Positions 22,615 to 33,435 of a DNA stretch of 48,269 bases are shown piece by piece. The stretch is from Candidatus Altimarinota bacterium (GTDB lineage: Bacteria; Patescibacteriota; Gracilibacteria; Absconditabacterales; Absconditicoccaceae). The stretch is from the NCBI GenBank assembly GCA_027013285.1, contig JALUXR010000055.1, positions 1-48,269 on the forward strand, read 5' to 3'. Each line of letters opens with the position of its first letter. Position 1 is the first letter of the stretch. The position numbers were made by a program, and so were the translations under genes. The notes under the pieces are model-generated. The model ran no database searches, had not been told where the DNA came from, and was given only the letters and a program-made list of their open reading frames with translations.

Positions 22615-25218
22615 TTACAGGCTTTCCCATACAGCTTTTTTTTGTCCATCTACTTCCTTTATTTCCAAAAGTTTTACTCTTATGGTATCTCAAATATTAT
22701 AGTAATCTTTCCAATTTATTCATTCTGGTAAGTTTATGTTTTTTTTATGTAAAAGTCCTTCGTATTCATCAGCTAATACAAATAATCCATAATTAAATTT
22801 TAATTTTACAATTCACTCAAAAATATCTCAAATATCATTATTTTCTTTTTGTCATTTTGAATTTATTTCAGAATCTTTAGATCTTGTTATAAGTTTAGTA
22901 TGACTAAGTAGTTTTCATTTTCAATTATCTTTAAAATCTTTTTTAATATCTAAATTTCTCTTTTTTTTAGTTTGTTCTGTATTTTCTTTATGCTTTTCAA
23001 TATTTTTCTTATTTTGAGTTTTTATGCTTTCTCAAATTTCCTTTTCTACATCTTGCTTTGGTTTCGTATATTTAGATTTAGATAGTTGTTTTATTTCTTC
23101 GATAAATTTATTATTTTTTATGTTTTCATCTAAAATAGGTTGAGTAGCTATTCCAAAAACATCTGTAGAAGTCCCATCTATCATTATTTTTGTGTATGCT
23201 TTGAATTTTGGAATAGAGCTTATGTCGTTTGCAGTGATTTGATTTTTAAATTGTTTAGATAATATCTCAGCATCTTCATTTCAACTATTGAAAACTACAA
23301 GATTTCAGATATTTCCAAAAATAGCATTTCTTACATCTTTATCTATCTGACTAATGTATTGGTTTGCAACAGCAAGTGACAATTTATATTTTCTAGCTTC
23401 AGATAAAATTACAGAAAATGATTCAGTGGCAAAATTTTGAAATTCGTCTATGTAGAGTGTAAATTCTTTTCTTTTATTCATAGGTAAATTTGCTCTTTTC
23501 ATAGTTTCTACTTGTATTTGACTTACGATAAATGAACCTATCATAGCAGAATTATCTTCACCAATAAGACCTTTTGATAAATTTACAAGCAAAATTTTAT
23601 TGTTTTGCATTATTTCAGCTATATTGATAGTTGACTTAGTTTGTCAGAAAATATTTCTTATGATAGGAGAAGAAACAAATTGTCCTACTTTGTTCATAAT
23701 TGGACTTATGGCTTCAGATGCAAATCTTTCTGACCGTTTTGTAAATTCTTTTTCCCAGAAATCTTTAATTATAGGGTCTGCAGTTTGTGTTAATACTTCT
23801 TTCCTAAAATCTTTGTCTGTAAGCATTTTCATAATATGTAAGAAATTTGCTTGGTCATACTCAGATAAGGCTAAAAGTGTATTTCTGAAAATATATTCAA
23901 GTCTTGGTCCCCAGCTATTTCAGTATAATTTTTTAAAAATAGACAATACTGTTGAAACGGATAAATCTTTATTATAATTTTTTCATTTTTCAAAAACATT
24001 GAATCCAACAGGATTTTCTGTATCTGAAACATTGAAATATATTATGTCATTTTTTCTATTTTCAGGTATTACTTGCAAAATATTTTCTGCTAAATCTCCG
24101 TGAGGGTCTATCAAAGCAAGTCATCTGCCTCTTTCTAAATCAGACAAAACCATATTTGAAAGCAATGTAGATTTACCAACTCAAGTTTTTCAAATAATAT
24201 ATACATGACGAGCTTTGTCCTCTTGTTTTAGTCAAACAACTTGTTTTTCATCTGCCCAATCTATTTTTCACAAAACAGTGATATCTTCATCTTTCGATGG
24301 TAAATTTGAAGGTGGAGCAAGTCTTTTGTAGTTGATATATTTGATTCATTTGATGTTTTCTTCTTCTGTTGGAACATGAAATATTTTTGAAAATTCATTT
24401 ATTTCAACTGATGAAAAGACCTCTTCGTTCTGTGTATATAATTCTGTTTCTGTAGCTTCGTTTATGTTCTTAAAAAATAACTTATCAAAATTGTTATAGC
24501 CACCTACTCATATTGAAAGTGCAGTTCATTTGATTCAAGTTTCTATCTTTTGTTTTTTGCTTACTTTTGTTATTTTAGGTTCTACTCAAGTAAAAACTCT
24601 TACAAAAAAATAGTAAATTCAAAATAAAAATAATTTTATTCATTTCCAGATAAGCTCAAATAAACTTTCATAATGTATTTCTCAAGAAGAATTTAATATT
24701 ATTGAATATTTTATGATTCATTTGTTATTTGAAGGAATATCTTTGAATAAGAAAAATGTTTCTTTGAAAAAAGTTTTAGATTTTTTTAACTGAATTTTAT
24801 CATCTCATATTGCATGAATATAAGTTTTTAACTCTATTTTTTCATTAAAATCTATTTTTTGTATTTTTGAAGAAGGAAAGTAATTATAAAAATTATTTAC
24901 GAACTTATTTTCAAAATTTGTAGGAAAAGAAATAATTAGCTTAACTGAAGTATTGTTTCAGATAGTATAGAAATTTATTCTTTTTGAAAAATAAGAAAAA
25001 TTCTTTAGCAATTTTGCAAAAGTTTTGTAATCAAAATTATTTTTGTGATATGGTATTATTTCATAATAACTATTTTCTAACTCAACTATATTTTCAGTTT
25101 TTTTTATTTGAGATTTTTTGGATTCTTTTTTTTGTTTTTTCTTCTTGTTTGAATCCAAAAAATCAACTATTTGCTCAGCTAATATTTCAATTTTTTTAAA
25201 CATAAAATTTTTAAACAT
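22615..25218 (-). CDS. VirD4/TraD-like type IV coupling-protein-family ATPase with C-terminal S1 (OB-fold) domain
   Basis: 867 aa, reconstructed codon by codon. Track ORFs 24958-25218, 23644-23832 and 23305-23610 share its frame. Has a TM segment LIWKGIKLFLFGIYYFFV. Walker A GKTGVGKST (24166-24192). Other motifs: ALIDPHGDL, SWGPRLEYIFRN, Walker B-like TLYIDEFQNF, ARKYKLSLAVANQ. The last 71 aa (22618-22830), GDIFEGIVKLKFNYGLFVLADEYEGLLH...IGDTIRVKLLEIK, match the S1 domain pattern. Confidence 0.85.
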
Positions 25219-25282
25219 ATAAAACTTTCACTGAAATTATATATTTTTTTGTATAAATTAAAAATACTTATATTGACATAAT

Positions 25283-25307
25283 AAAAAAACCTATCATTAG
25301 GATAGGT
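25283..25307 (-). terminator. rho-independent terminator after the pilin gene
   Basis: Plus-strand A7, then ACCTATC-ATTAG-GATAGGT. On the minus strand this is a hairpin followed by U7. Confidence 0.65.
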
Positions 25308-25332
25308 AATTACTGTATGTGTTTAATATTAT

Positions 25333-25749
25333 TTATGGAGTATTTCAAGCTGATCATGCAGTACTTGTATTTGAGCTCATAAAACTAAATACTAAATTAA
25401 TAATCATAGCAGAAGCTCAGATAAGTATAAGTCATATAACTGCTTGTTTTACAATAGTAAATCATTTTTTGTATTTACCATCATCACCAGCTGCAGTAAT
25501 CATTTGAAAACCACCCCAAATAAGAATTATTATAGAAATAAGACCTAAGAATCATAATATCCAATTTACAGCAGTTTGTACAAATGTTATAAATCATGTG
25601 TTTCATGTTCATCATGTTTGTCATCATACTACTCAAATAGTTGTAGTATTTTGTTGAGTAAATCAATTTGCAGTAGTAATCATAGGTGCTGCTATAGTAG
25701 TAGCTCACACAATAGCACTTCAAATTAATATTCAAACTTTTTTATTCAT
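25333..25749 (-). CDS. TrbC/VirB2-like (T4SS-type) pilin
   Basis: 138 aa; frame checked. Signal peptide MNKKVGILIGSAIVGATTIAAP, a Gly/Thr-rich linker, then two hydrophobic helices: WILGFLGLISIIILIWGGFQMITAAGDDGKYKKGFTIVKQAVIGLILIGASAMIINLV. Track ORF 25484-25735 is the wrong frame. Confidence 0.65.
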
Positions 25750-25881
25750 TATCAAATAATTTATAGAAATAAAAATCTATATACTATGATAGTTTAAAAC
25801 TTTTTTTTCTTTTTTCAAGTTTTTTTAATTTAAATATATATTATTAGTTTTACTAATGAGATAAAAAAGTAGAAATATTAC

Positions 25882-25909
25882 TTGATTTTATAAATAATAT
25901 TCTTATATT
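25882..25909 (+). promoter_or_regulatory. candidate promoter of the tRNA cluster
   Basis: TTGATT (25882-25887) - 16 nt - TATATT (25904-25909), about 20 nt upstream of tRNA-Phe. Confidence 0.4.
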
Positions 25910-25929
25910 AGTGCTTACATGAAGTTTGA

Positions 25930-26004
25930 GCCGAAGTAGCTCAGTGGTAGAGCAGAGGCCTGAAAAGCCTTGTGTCGGCAGTTCGATCCTGCCCTTCGGC
26001 ACCA
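25930..26004 (+). tRNA. tRNA-Phe (anticodon GAA), CCA encoded
   Basis: Acceptor GCCGAAG/CTTCGGC, D arm AGCTCAGTGGTAGAGC, anticodon loop CTGAAAA, T arm GGCAGTTCGATCCTGCC, 3' ACCA. Confidence 0.92.
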
Positions 26005-26015
26005 CTTATTATTAT

Positions 26016-26089
26016 CGGGGTGTAGCTCAGATGGCTAGAGTGTCTGGTTTGGGACCAGAAGGTCGCGAGTTCGAGTCCCGCTACCCCGA
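26016..26089 (+). tRNA. tRNA-Pro (anticodon TGG), CCA not encoded
   Basis: Acceptor CGGGGTG/TACCCCG, anticodon arm TCTGG-TTTGGGA-CCAGA, T arm GCGAGTTCGAGTCCCGC. Confidence 0.9.
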
Positions 26090-26099
26090 GACTATTTAT

Positions 26100-26176
26100 G
26101 GGCATGTGGCTTAGTTGGTTAAAGCACACGACTGATAATCGTGAGATCGATGGTTCGAGTCCATCTATGCCCACCA
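26100..26176 (+). tRNA. tRNA-Ile (anticodon GAT), CCA encoded
   Basis: Acceptor GGGCATG/TATGCCC, anticodon arm CACGA-CTGATAA-TCGTG, T arm GATGGTTCGAGTCCATC, 3' ACCA. Confidence 0.9.
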
Positions 26177-26209
26177 TACTTAGACTCATGTAAATATTTT
26201 ATTAAATAT

Positions 26210-26234
26210 TTACGTAATATTATAATTTACGTAA
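26210..26234. promoter_or_regulatory. pair of TTACGTAA palindromes flanking a TATAAT box upstream of tuf
   Basis: TTACGTAA at 26210-26217 and 26227-26234, with TATAAT at 26221-26226 between them, about 30 nt before the tuf ATG. Confidence 0.4.
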
Positions 26235-26262
26235 TCTTTTTATTTATTAATAGATTAAATCT

Positions 26263-27444
26263 ATGTCAAACACAAAACCACATGTTAATATTGGTACATT
26301 ATGACATGTAGATCATGGTAAGACTACTCTTACATCTGCAATCGTACAAGTTTTAGCTACAAAATGATTTGCTAAAGCATTAAACTTCGAAGATATTGAT
26401 AAAGCTCCTGAAGAAAGAGAAAGAGGTATTACAATTAATACTGCTCATGTTGAGTATGAAACAGCTACTAGACATTATGCTCATATTGATTGTCCATGAC
26501 ATGCTGATTATATTAAAAATATGATTGTTGGTGCTGCTCAAATGGATGGTGCTATATTAGTTATTGCTGCTACAGATGGTCCTATGGCTCAAACAAGAGA
26601 ACATATTCTTTTAGCTAAACAAGTTAATGTTCCATATGTAGTTGTTTTCTTAAACAAAGTAGATATGGTAGATGATGAAGAAGAAGTAGAATTAGTTGAA
26701 GAAGAAGTTAGAGATTTATTAACTAAATATGGATTCCCTGGTGATGATGTTCCTGTTATTAAATGATCTGCTTTGAAGGCTTTAGAAAATCCTACAGATG
26801 AAAATTGAGATGCTAAATGTATTTGGGACTTAATGGAAGCTGTAGATACATATATTCCTACTCCAGAAAGAGATATGGATAAAGATTTCTTAATGCCAGT
26901 TGAAGATGTATTTTCTATTAAGGGTAGAGGTACTGTAGTTACAGGTAGAATAGAATCTGGTTCTATAAAACTTAATGAAGAAATAGAAATAGTGGGTTTA
27001 GATAAACCAACTAAGAAAACTACTGTTACTGGTATTGAAATGTTTCATAAAATGCATGAAACAGCTGAAGCTGGTATGAATATGTGATTATTATTAAGAT
27101 GAGTAGATAAAGAAGAAGTAGAAAGATGACAAGTGATTGTTAAGCCTGGTACAGCTACTGCTCATAAAAAATTTGAAGCAGAAGTATATGTATTAAAGAA
27201 AGAAGAAGGTGGTAGACATACTCCGTTTATGACAGGTTATAAACCTCAATTCTTCTTCAGAACAACAGATGTTACTGGTACAGTTTCTTTACCAGAAGGT
27301 ACTGAAATGATTATGCCTGGTGATAATGCAAAAATGATAGTAGAATTATTATATCCTATTGCTATGGATGAATGATTAAGATTTGCTATTAGAGAATGAG
27401 GTAGAACAGTTGGTGCTGGTGTAGTTACAAAAGTTGTTGAATAA
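26263..27444 (+). CDS. tuf: elongation factor Tu
   Basis: 393 aa. [14 protein letters not shown] (Gly14 = TGA 26302-26304), [16 protein letters not shown]. Track ORFs 26521-, 26833- and 27133- are in frame. Stop TAA 27442-27444. Confidence 0.98.
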
Positions 27445-27486
27445 TTATAACAATTAGTTAATTATACTAAAACTATATAATATAGT

Positions 27487-27520
27487 CTCTTACAAAGTTG
27501 TAAGGGGCTTATTGTTCTTT
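27487..27520 (+). terminator. possible attenuating hairpin after tuf
   Basis: 8-bp stem CTCTTACA/TGTAAGGG with loop AAGT, followed by a moderately T-rich tail. Confidence 0.35.
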
Positions 27521-27552
27521 TATAAGATTTAGTTTTATAAGAAAAAACATTT

Positions 27553-27876
27553 ATGGCAGATAAAAAAAATAGTAAGCCAGCTATGAGAATTAAATTCAGA
27601 TCTTATGATCTTAGAATGTTAGATGCTACTGTTGCAAAGGTAATATCAGTTTTATTGAAGTCATGAGCACAAATTAAATGACCTATACCATTACCTAAAA
27701 GAAGAAAAATGTATACAGTATTAAAGGCTCCTTTTGTGTATAAGGATGCAAGAGAACAATTTGAAAGAATTACTTACTCTAGATTAATAGATATAGAGAT
27801 GTTATGAGAGAAGACTATTGAATATTTGAATAATGTTCAAATTCCTGTTGGAATTATGGTTGATCTTCCAAGATAA
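27553..27876 (+). CDS. rpsJ: 30S ribosomal protein S10
   Basis: [27 protein letters not shown]...[12 protein letters not shown]. First gene of the conserved S10 cluster. Confidence 0.95.
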
Positions 27877-27898
27877 GTTTAAATATTAAAAAATGTAA

Positions 27899-28483
27899 AT
27901 GATAGAAAATTGAGGTTTCTTATGTTTAAAACAAGAAATGACACAATTACTTTTAGATGAGAATTTAGAAGCTGTTACATTATTGAAATTCTTAGATCAA
28001 AAGATAATAAGAATCAAGACAGAAGAAAAAGATTGATATTCTGCTATAGTTATATGAGCAGGTATGAAAGAAAAAGACTGAAAAACTACTTATAGATATA
28101 TAAAAGAGTTTAAAGTTGATTCTGTTGGGTGATATAATGTTAATGATGAAGTGTCATTTGAAATACTTAAAGAGTTAAAAGAAGTTACTATAAAAGCTAC
28201 AACAAAAGGTAAATGATATCAATGAGTTGTAAAAAGATTTGGTTTTGCATGATTGTCAGCAACACATGGTAATAAATATAAAAGACATCCATGAGGTATT
28301 GGTAATAGAAAACCAAGAAGAGTAAATAAAAATCATCCTTTACCATGACATATGTGAGATAAACATATAACATTAAAAAATGTTAAAGTTATTGCTGGTC
28401 ATGTTGTAAATAATGAAAATATAGTTGTAGTTAAATGATCAGTTCCTGGTTCAAGAAACTCTTTGATTAGGATGTATATGTAA
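27899..28483 (+). CDS. rplC: 50S ribosomal protein L3
   Basis: 194 aa. GFLCLKQEMTQLL, TKGKGYQGVVKRFGFAG, HGNKYKRHPGGIGNRKPRRV. Confidence 0.9.
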
Positions 28484-28507
28484 ATTTATTATTAAGAAAG
28501 TTTATAG

Positions 28508-29149
28508 ATGAGTTACTCTATAAAGGTATATAATACTGTATGAAAAGAATTGGAAGAAATTACATTAAATGATGCTATATTTACAGATGATAATATTAAT
28601 GCATCTTTAATGCATGAATTTGTTGTTATGCAACTAGCTAATGCTAGAAAAAATGTAGCACAAACTAAATGAAGATGAGAAGTAATCTGATCTGGTAGAA
28701 AACTGTATAGACAAAAAGGTACAGGTAATGCTAGAGTTTGAGATGCTGCATCTCCAATTAGAAGATGAGGTTGAGTTGTTTTTTGACCTACAGGTAATGA
28801 AAATTATACAAAAAATATGCCTAAAAAACAAAGAAGAAAAGCATTATTTAGTGCTTTAACTGTTAAAGTGAAAGATAATTCTACAATTGCTTTAGATTCA
28901 TACAATTTTGATGAAATTAAAACTGCAAATGCTGTAGAAGTTCTAAATAAGTTAAATTTATCAGGAGAAAAAATATTAGTTATTATTCCTGAAGTTAATG
29001 AGGTTATTTCAAAATCTTTTAGAAATATACCTAATGTAAAAGTTATCCTTGCAAGCTATGTAAATCCTTATGATTTATTAACTTTCAAAAAAGTTGTATT
29101 TTTAAAGGATAGTTTACAAAAGATAGAAGATACTTTTTTAAGTAAATAA
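28508..29149 (+). CDS. rplD: 50S ribosomal protein L4
   Basis: 213 aa. [41 protein letters not shown]. Track ORF 28817-29149 is in frame. Confidence 0.95.
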
Positions 29150-29160
29150 TATTGTAAAAG

Positions 29161-29649
29161 ATGCAAATATGATTGTATAGACAAAAGTTAAAAAGAAGAT
29201 GACAAAAGGCTATAGAACCTAAAAAATTAGGTCAATTTACAGCTTCTGATATTATCTTAGGTTTTATAAAGACTGAGAAATCTGATAGTCAGTTAAAACA
29301 AGAGATTAAAATTAAATCTGCTATTCTTAATAAAAAATGAGAAAAGGAGACAGAGAAATATACTGTTTCTTTTAAGTCTGGCAAAACTCTTGAAAAAGAA
29401 AGAATTAAAACAGAAGTAAAAACTGTAGTTAAAAATAAATTAACTTTTAAAGTTATGAAAGGGTGTAATAAAAATGATGTTAAAGAATCAATAAAATCTC
29501 TTTATGGAGTTGAAATTGAAAAAGTTAATATTGTAAAAGCTCCTTATAAAAAAAGACAAAGAAGATGATTGGTAAGAAAATCTTATGTGAAAGCAATTGT
29601 TACTCTTAAAGAATGACAAAAAGTACCTGCATTAGATAGTATTGCATAA
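29161..29649 (+). CDS. rplW: 50S ribosomal protein L23 (extended, 162 aa)
   Basis: Core DIILGFIKTEKS ... LTFKVMKGCNKNDVKESIKSLYGVEIEKVNIV ... KAIVTL. Extra N-terminal and internal segments. Confidence 0.85.
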
Positions 29650-29679
29650 TTATAATTTATTTTAATGAGAGGAAATTAG

Positions 29680-30546
29680 ATGTGAATAAAAACATATAAG
29701 CCTTATACACCTTCTAGGAGGTTTATGACTTGATATACATTTGATGAAATTACTAAAACAACTCCTGAAAAATCTTTAACAAAGTTTATAGGTTCAACAG
29801 GTGGTAGAAATCATCATGGTAGAATAACTACTAGAAGTAGATGAGGTGGTCATAAAAGATTATATAGAATTATTGATTTTAGAAGATATGATAAAATTGA
29901 TGTTCCAGGTAAAATAGCTAGTATTGAATATGATCCATATAGAACAGCAAGAATTGCTTTGGTGAATTATAGAGATGGTGAAAAAAGATATGTATTAGCT
30001 TGGAAATGAGTTACAGTTTGAGATATGATTCAAACATGAGAAAAAGCTCCATTAGAAAATGGTTGTACAAAGAAATTAAAAGATATTCCAGAATGATTTA
30101 CTATTTATGGATTGGAAGTTACTCCAAACACAAAAGCTAAATTATTAAGATCTGCTGGTATATTTGGTACAATTACTGGTAAGGATGAGAATGCTTGATT
30201 AGTATTTGTTAAAATGCCTTCTGGTGAAGTTAGAAAATTTCATAATAACTGTTGGGCAACTATCGGTCAAGTATGAAATGAAGAAAGAAAAAATATAGTA
30301 CTTGGTAAAGCAGGTAGAAATAGATGGAAAGGTAGAAGACCTCATGTATTAGGTATAAATATGAATCCTGTAGATCATCCTCATGGTTGATGAGAAGCTC
30401 ATTCGCCTATTGGTATGAAAACTCCTAAGAACTTTGTTGGTAAGCCAGTACCATATGGTAAAACAACAAGAAAGAAAAATAAATGGTCAGATAAATTTAT
30501 TGTTCAAGGAAGAAAGAGAAAACTATATCCACAAAATAGTAAATAA
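29680..30546 (+). CDS. rplB: 50S ribosomal protein L2
   Basis: [53 protein letters not shown] (TGA TGA at 30388-30393). Confidence 0.97.
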
Positions 30547-30573
30547 TTATTTAAAATTAAATAAATATTGTAA

Positions 30574-30831
30574 ATGACTAGATCTTTAAAAAAAGGTTTC
30601 TATGTTAATCCTAAAATCTTGAAAAAGGTTTTAAAAATGGAAGAAACAGGTTCAAAAAAACCTATTAAAATATGGGATAGAGCTTGTACTATTATTCCAG
30701 AATTTGTTTGATTTACATTTGCAGTACATAACTGAAAAGAATTTGTATCTGTATATGTAAATGATGAAATGATAGGTTATAGATTAGGAGAGTTTGCTCC
30801 TACAAAGATATTTAGATGACATCCTTTCTAG
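30574..30831 (+). CDS. rpsS: 30S ribosomal protein S19
   Basis: [19 protein letters not shown] ... [14 protein letters not shown] ... [12 protein letters not shown]. Confidence 0.95.
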
Positions 30832-30938
30832 TTTGTCTTTTAAATGTAAATTGATGTTTTAAAAAGAAAGGAGTATCCGGATTTAATCCGACTTCTTTGC
30901 CCTTATGGGAGTTTTTATTATTAGATTAAGAAATAAAT

Positions 30939-31361
30939 ATGTCTAGTAAAAAATTTGTAGCTAGAAAGAAATTTATGAAGAATAATACATTAGCTAGTAC
31001 ACTTTCTGAAGATAAGGTATTTAGTCTTACTTCAAGAACTACAAATAAGTCTTATGTAGATACTTCAGTTAAAAAACTTTTAGTAGTTGCTGATATAATA
31101 AGAGGTAAAAATGTAGAAGAAGTTTTAACAATATTGCATAATTTACCTCAAAAAGTTGCAAAAATCTTATATAAACATGTAAAATCTGCTGCTGCAAATG
31201 CAACAAATAATGCTTGATTAGATTTATCAACTTTATATGTAGAAAGAGTAGATTTATGAAGAGGTACAAATATCAAAAGAACTAGATTCGCATCTAGATC
31301 TAGGATACATAGTTATCTAAAATATAGATCTTTTGTTAGAGTAGTTTTAAATTCTAAGTAA
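30939..31361 (+). CDS. rplV: 50S ribosomal protein L22 (N-terminally extended, 140 aa)
   Basis: Track ORF 30939-31217 extends through TGA codons. KLLVVADIIRGKNVEEVLTILHNLPQK...RTRFASRSRIHSYLKYRSFVRVVL. Confidence 0.9.
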
Positions 31362-31369
31362 TATTTTTA

Positions 31370-32086
31370 ATGGGACAAAAAGTAGATCCAAGAGGGTTTA
31401 GAACAGGTATTGTAAGAGGATGGATAAGTGAATACTTTGCACCTACAAAATCTAAATCTGCTGAATATATGGTTCAAGATTTAAAAGTAAGAAATTTAGT
31501 AGATAAATTCTATAAATATTCAGGTATTTCTAAAGTTGTATTTAGAAAATGAATAGTTGCTGATGCTATGAAGAATGATATTCTTATTTTTACTGCAAAA
31601 CCTGCATTAGTTCTTTGAAGAGAAGGTAAAAAATTAGCAGAATTTAATGCTTTATTGAAAAAAACTTTTAAAGAAGAATTTGATGTTGTAGTTAAAGAAT
31701 TCTCAAAACCAGAATTGTCTGCAAAGATAATGTGAGAACATGTTACTTCTCAATTAGAAGGTAGAATGCCTTATAGAAGAGTTATTAAAACAACTATAGA
31801 AAAAGTTATGTGAAAATGAGCAAAATGAATTAAAATACAAATTGCTTGAAGATTAAATTGAGCTGAAATGGCAAGATGAGAAACTTTTAAAGAATGAAGA
31901 ATTCCTTTACAAACTTTAAGAGCTGATGTAGATTATCATTATCTTACTGCTTTAACAAAATATGGTATTCTTGGTGTTAAAATTTGGATTTATAAATGAG
32001 ATATTGATGAATCTGCTTGAAAGACTTTGAATAAATCACAATCTGTAAAGAAAAAAATAGTTAGAAAAGTAGTAAAGAAAAAATAA
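31370..32086 (+). CDS. rpsC: 30S ribosomal protein S3
   Basis: [18 protein letters not shown]..., [40 protein letters not shown]. Confidence 0.96.
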
Positions 32087-32119
32087 CTTCTTATATTTAA
32101 AAATTAACCTTTATGTAAA

Positions 32120-32539
32120 ATGTTGTTAGTGCCAAAAAGGTGGAAACACAGAAAGCAATTTAGATGAAGAATACAAGGTGTTGCTAAAGGAAATACATAT
32201 GTTGCATTTGGTGAATATGGATTAAAAGCTTTAGAAAATGCTTATATTACTTCAAGACAAATTGAATCTGCTAGAAAAGTATTAGTTAGATACAATAGAA
32301 AGGTAGGTAAAATTTGGATTAGAGTATTTCCTGATATTCCTTATACTAAAAAATGATTAGAAATGCCAATGGGTAAAGGTAAGGGTGCAGTTGATATGTA
32401 TGTTGCTAGAGTAAAAAGATGAACAATTATGATGGAGATGTCTTGAGTTTCTGAAGAAGTAGCTAGAGAGGCTATTAAACAGGCTTGATATAAGTTTCCA
32501 ATCAAAGTTAAAATGGTTTCAAGACATGAAATTAATTAG
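32120..32539 (+). CDS. rplP: 50S ribosomal protein L16
   Basis: [37 protein letters not shown]...[11 protein letters not shown]. Confidence 0.95.
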
Positions 32540-32565
32540 TGTTTTATAATTAAACATTTTGGTCC

Positions 32566-32784
32566 ATGAGTGATACAAAAATATTTATGAAAGATCTTTC
32601 AAATCATTCAGTTAAAGATCTTGTAAGTAAAAGAACTGAATTAAGAAAAAGATTATTTACATTGAGAATGCAAAATCAAGGTTGAGCTTTAAAACAAACT
32701 CACTTAGTGAAAGTTGTTAGAAGAAATATAGCTCGTGTAAATACAGCTTTATCAATTAAGATAAAAGAACAAAAATGACAATAA
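32566..32784 (+). CDS. rpmC: 50S ribosomal protein L29
   Basis: 72 aa. LVSKRTELRKRLFTLRMQNQGGALKQTHLVKVVRRNIARVNTAL. Confidence 0.9.
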
Positions 32785-33044
32785 TATGATGAAAAAATTT
32801 GAAAGAATTAGTATGAACTGTTTCAAGTACTAAAATGGCTAAAACAGTAGCTATTGAAGTTGATACAGTTAAAATTCATCCTTTATATAAGAAAAGATAT
32901 GTTAGAAGTAAAAAATATTATGCTCATATAGAGGATAATTCTACTGTATCTGTTTGAGATATAATAAAGATAAGACAATATAGACCAACTAGTAAATTAA
33001 AAAGATGGATTTATGTTGATACAGTTAAGAAGGTTCAAAGTTAA
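32775..33044 (+). CDS. rpsQ: 30S ribosomal protein S17
   Basis: [40 protein letters not shown]...[21 protein letters not shown] 32775 overlaps the rpmC end by 10 nt (alternative TTG 32799). Confidence 0.85.
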
Positions 33045-33066
33045 TTTAGATTGTTAATATTTTTCA

Positions 33067-33435
33067 ATGATTCAAAATGAAAGTTTAGTAACTATAATTG
33101 ACAATACTTGAGCTTTAAAGGCTAAAGTAATAAGAGTATTAGTAGGTCATTTGGGTAAGAGTGCTACTGTATGAGATAGAGTGGTTCTTGCTATTAAACA
33201 ATCAAGACCTGATGCTTCTGTTAAGTCATGAGAGGTTGCAAAATGAGTTCTTGTAAGAACAAGAAAGGAAATTAGAAGGAAAGATGGATCTTTTATAAGA
33301 TTTGGAGATAATGCAGTTGTTTTGATAAAAGATGATAATGCTCCAGTTGGTAAAAGAATATTTTGACCAATAGCTAGAGAAGTGAAAGAAAAATGATTTC
33401 TTCAAGTTGCTAAGTTAGCTGAAGAAGTAATATAA
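33067..33435 (+). CDS. rplN: 50S ribosomal protein L14
   Basis: [25 protein letters not shown]...[15 protein letters not shown]...GPIAREV. Confidence 0.96.

Noticed and set aside
23600-25199. Plus-strand track ORFs 23600-23977 and 24984-25199
   Set aside because: They are antisense to the coupling-protein ATPase, whose conserved motifs span both regions.
25484-25735. Track ORF (minus strand, Tyr/Cys/Asn-rich 83 aa)
   Set aside because: It is the wrong frame of the pilin gene. The table-25 frame gives a signal peptide plus a two-helix pilin-like protein, whereas this frame gives a low-complexity peptide.
25926-26189. Track ORFs 25926-26114 (+) and 25941-26189 (-)
   Set aside because: They overlap three canonical tRNA cloverleaves. 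Their higher GC and open frames are a by-product of the tRNA sequences.
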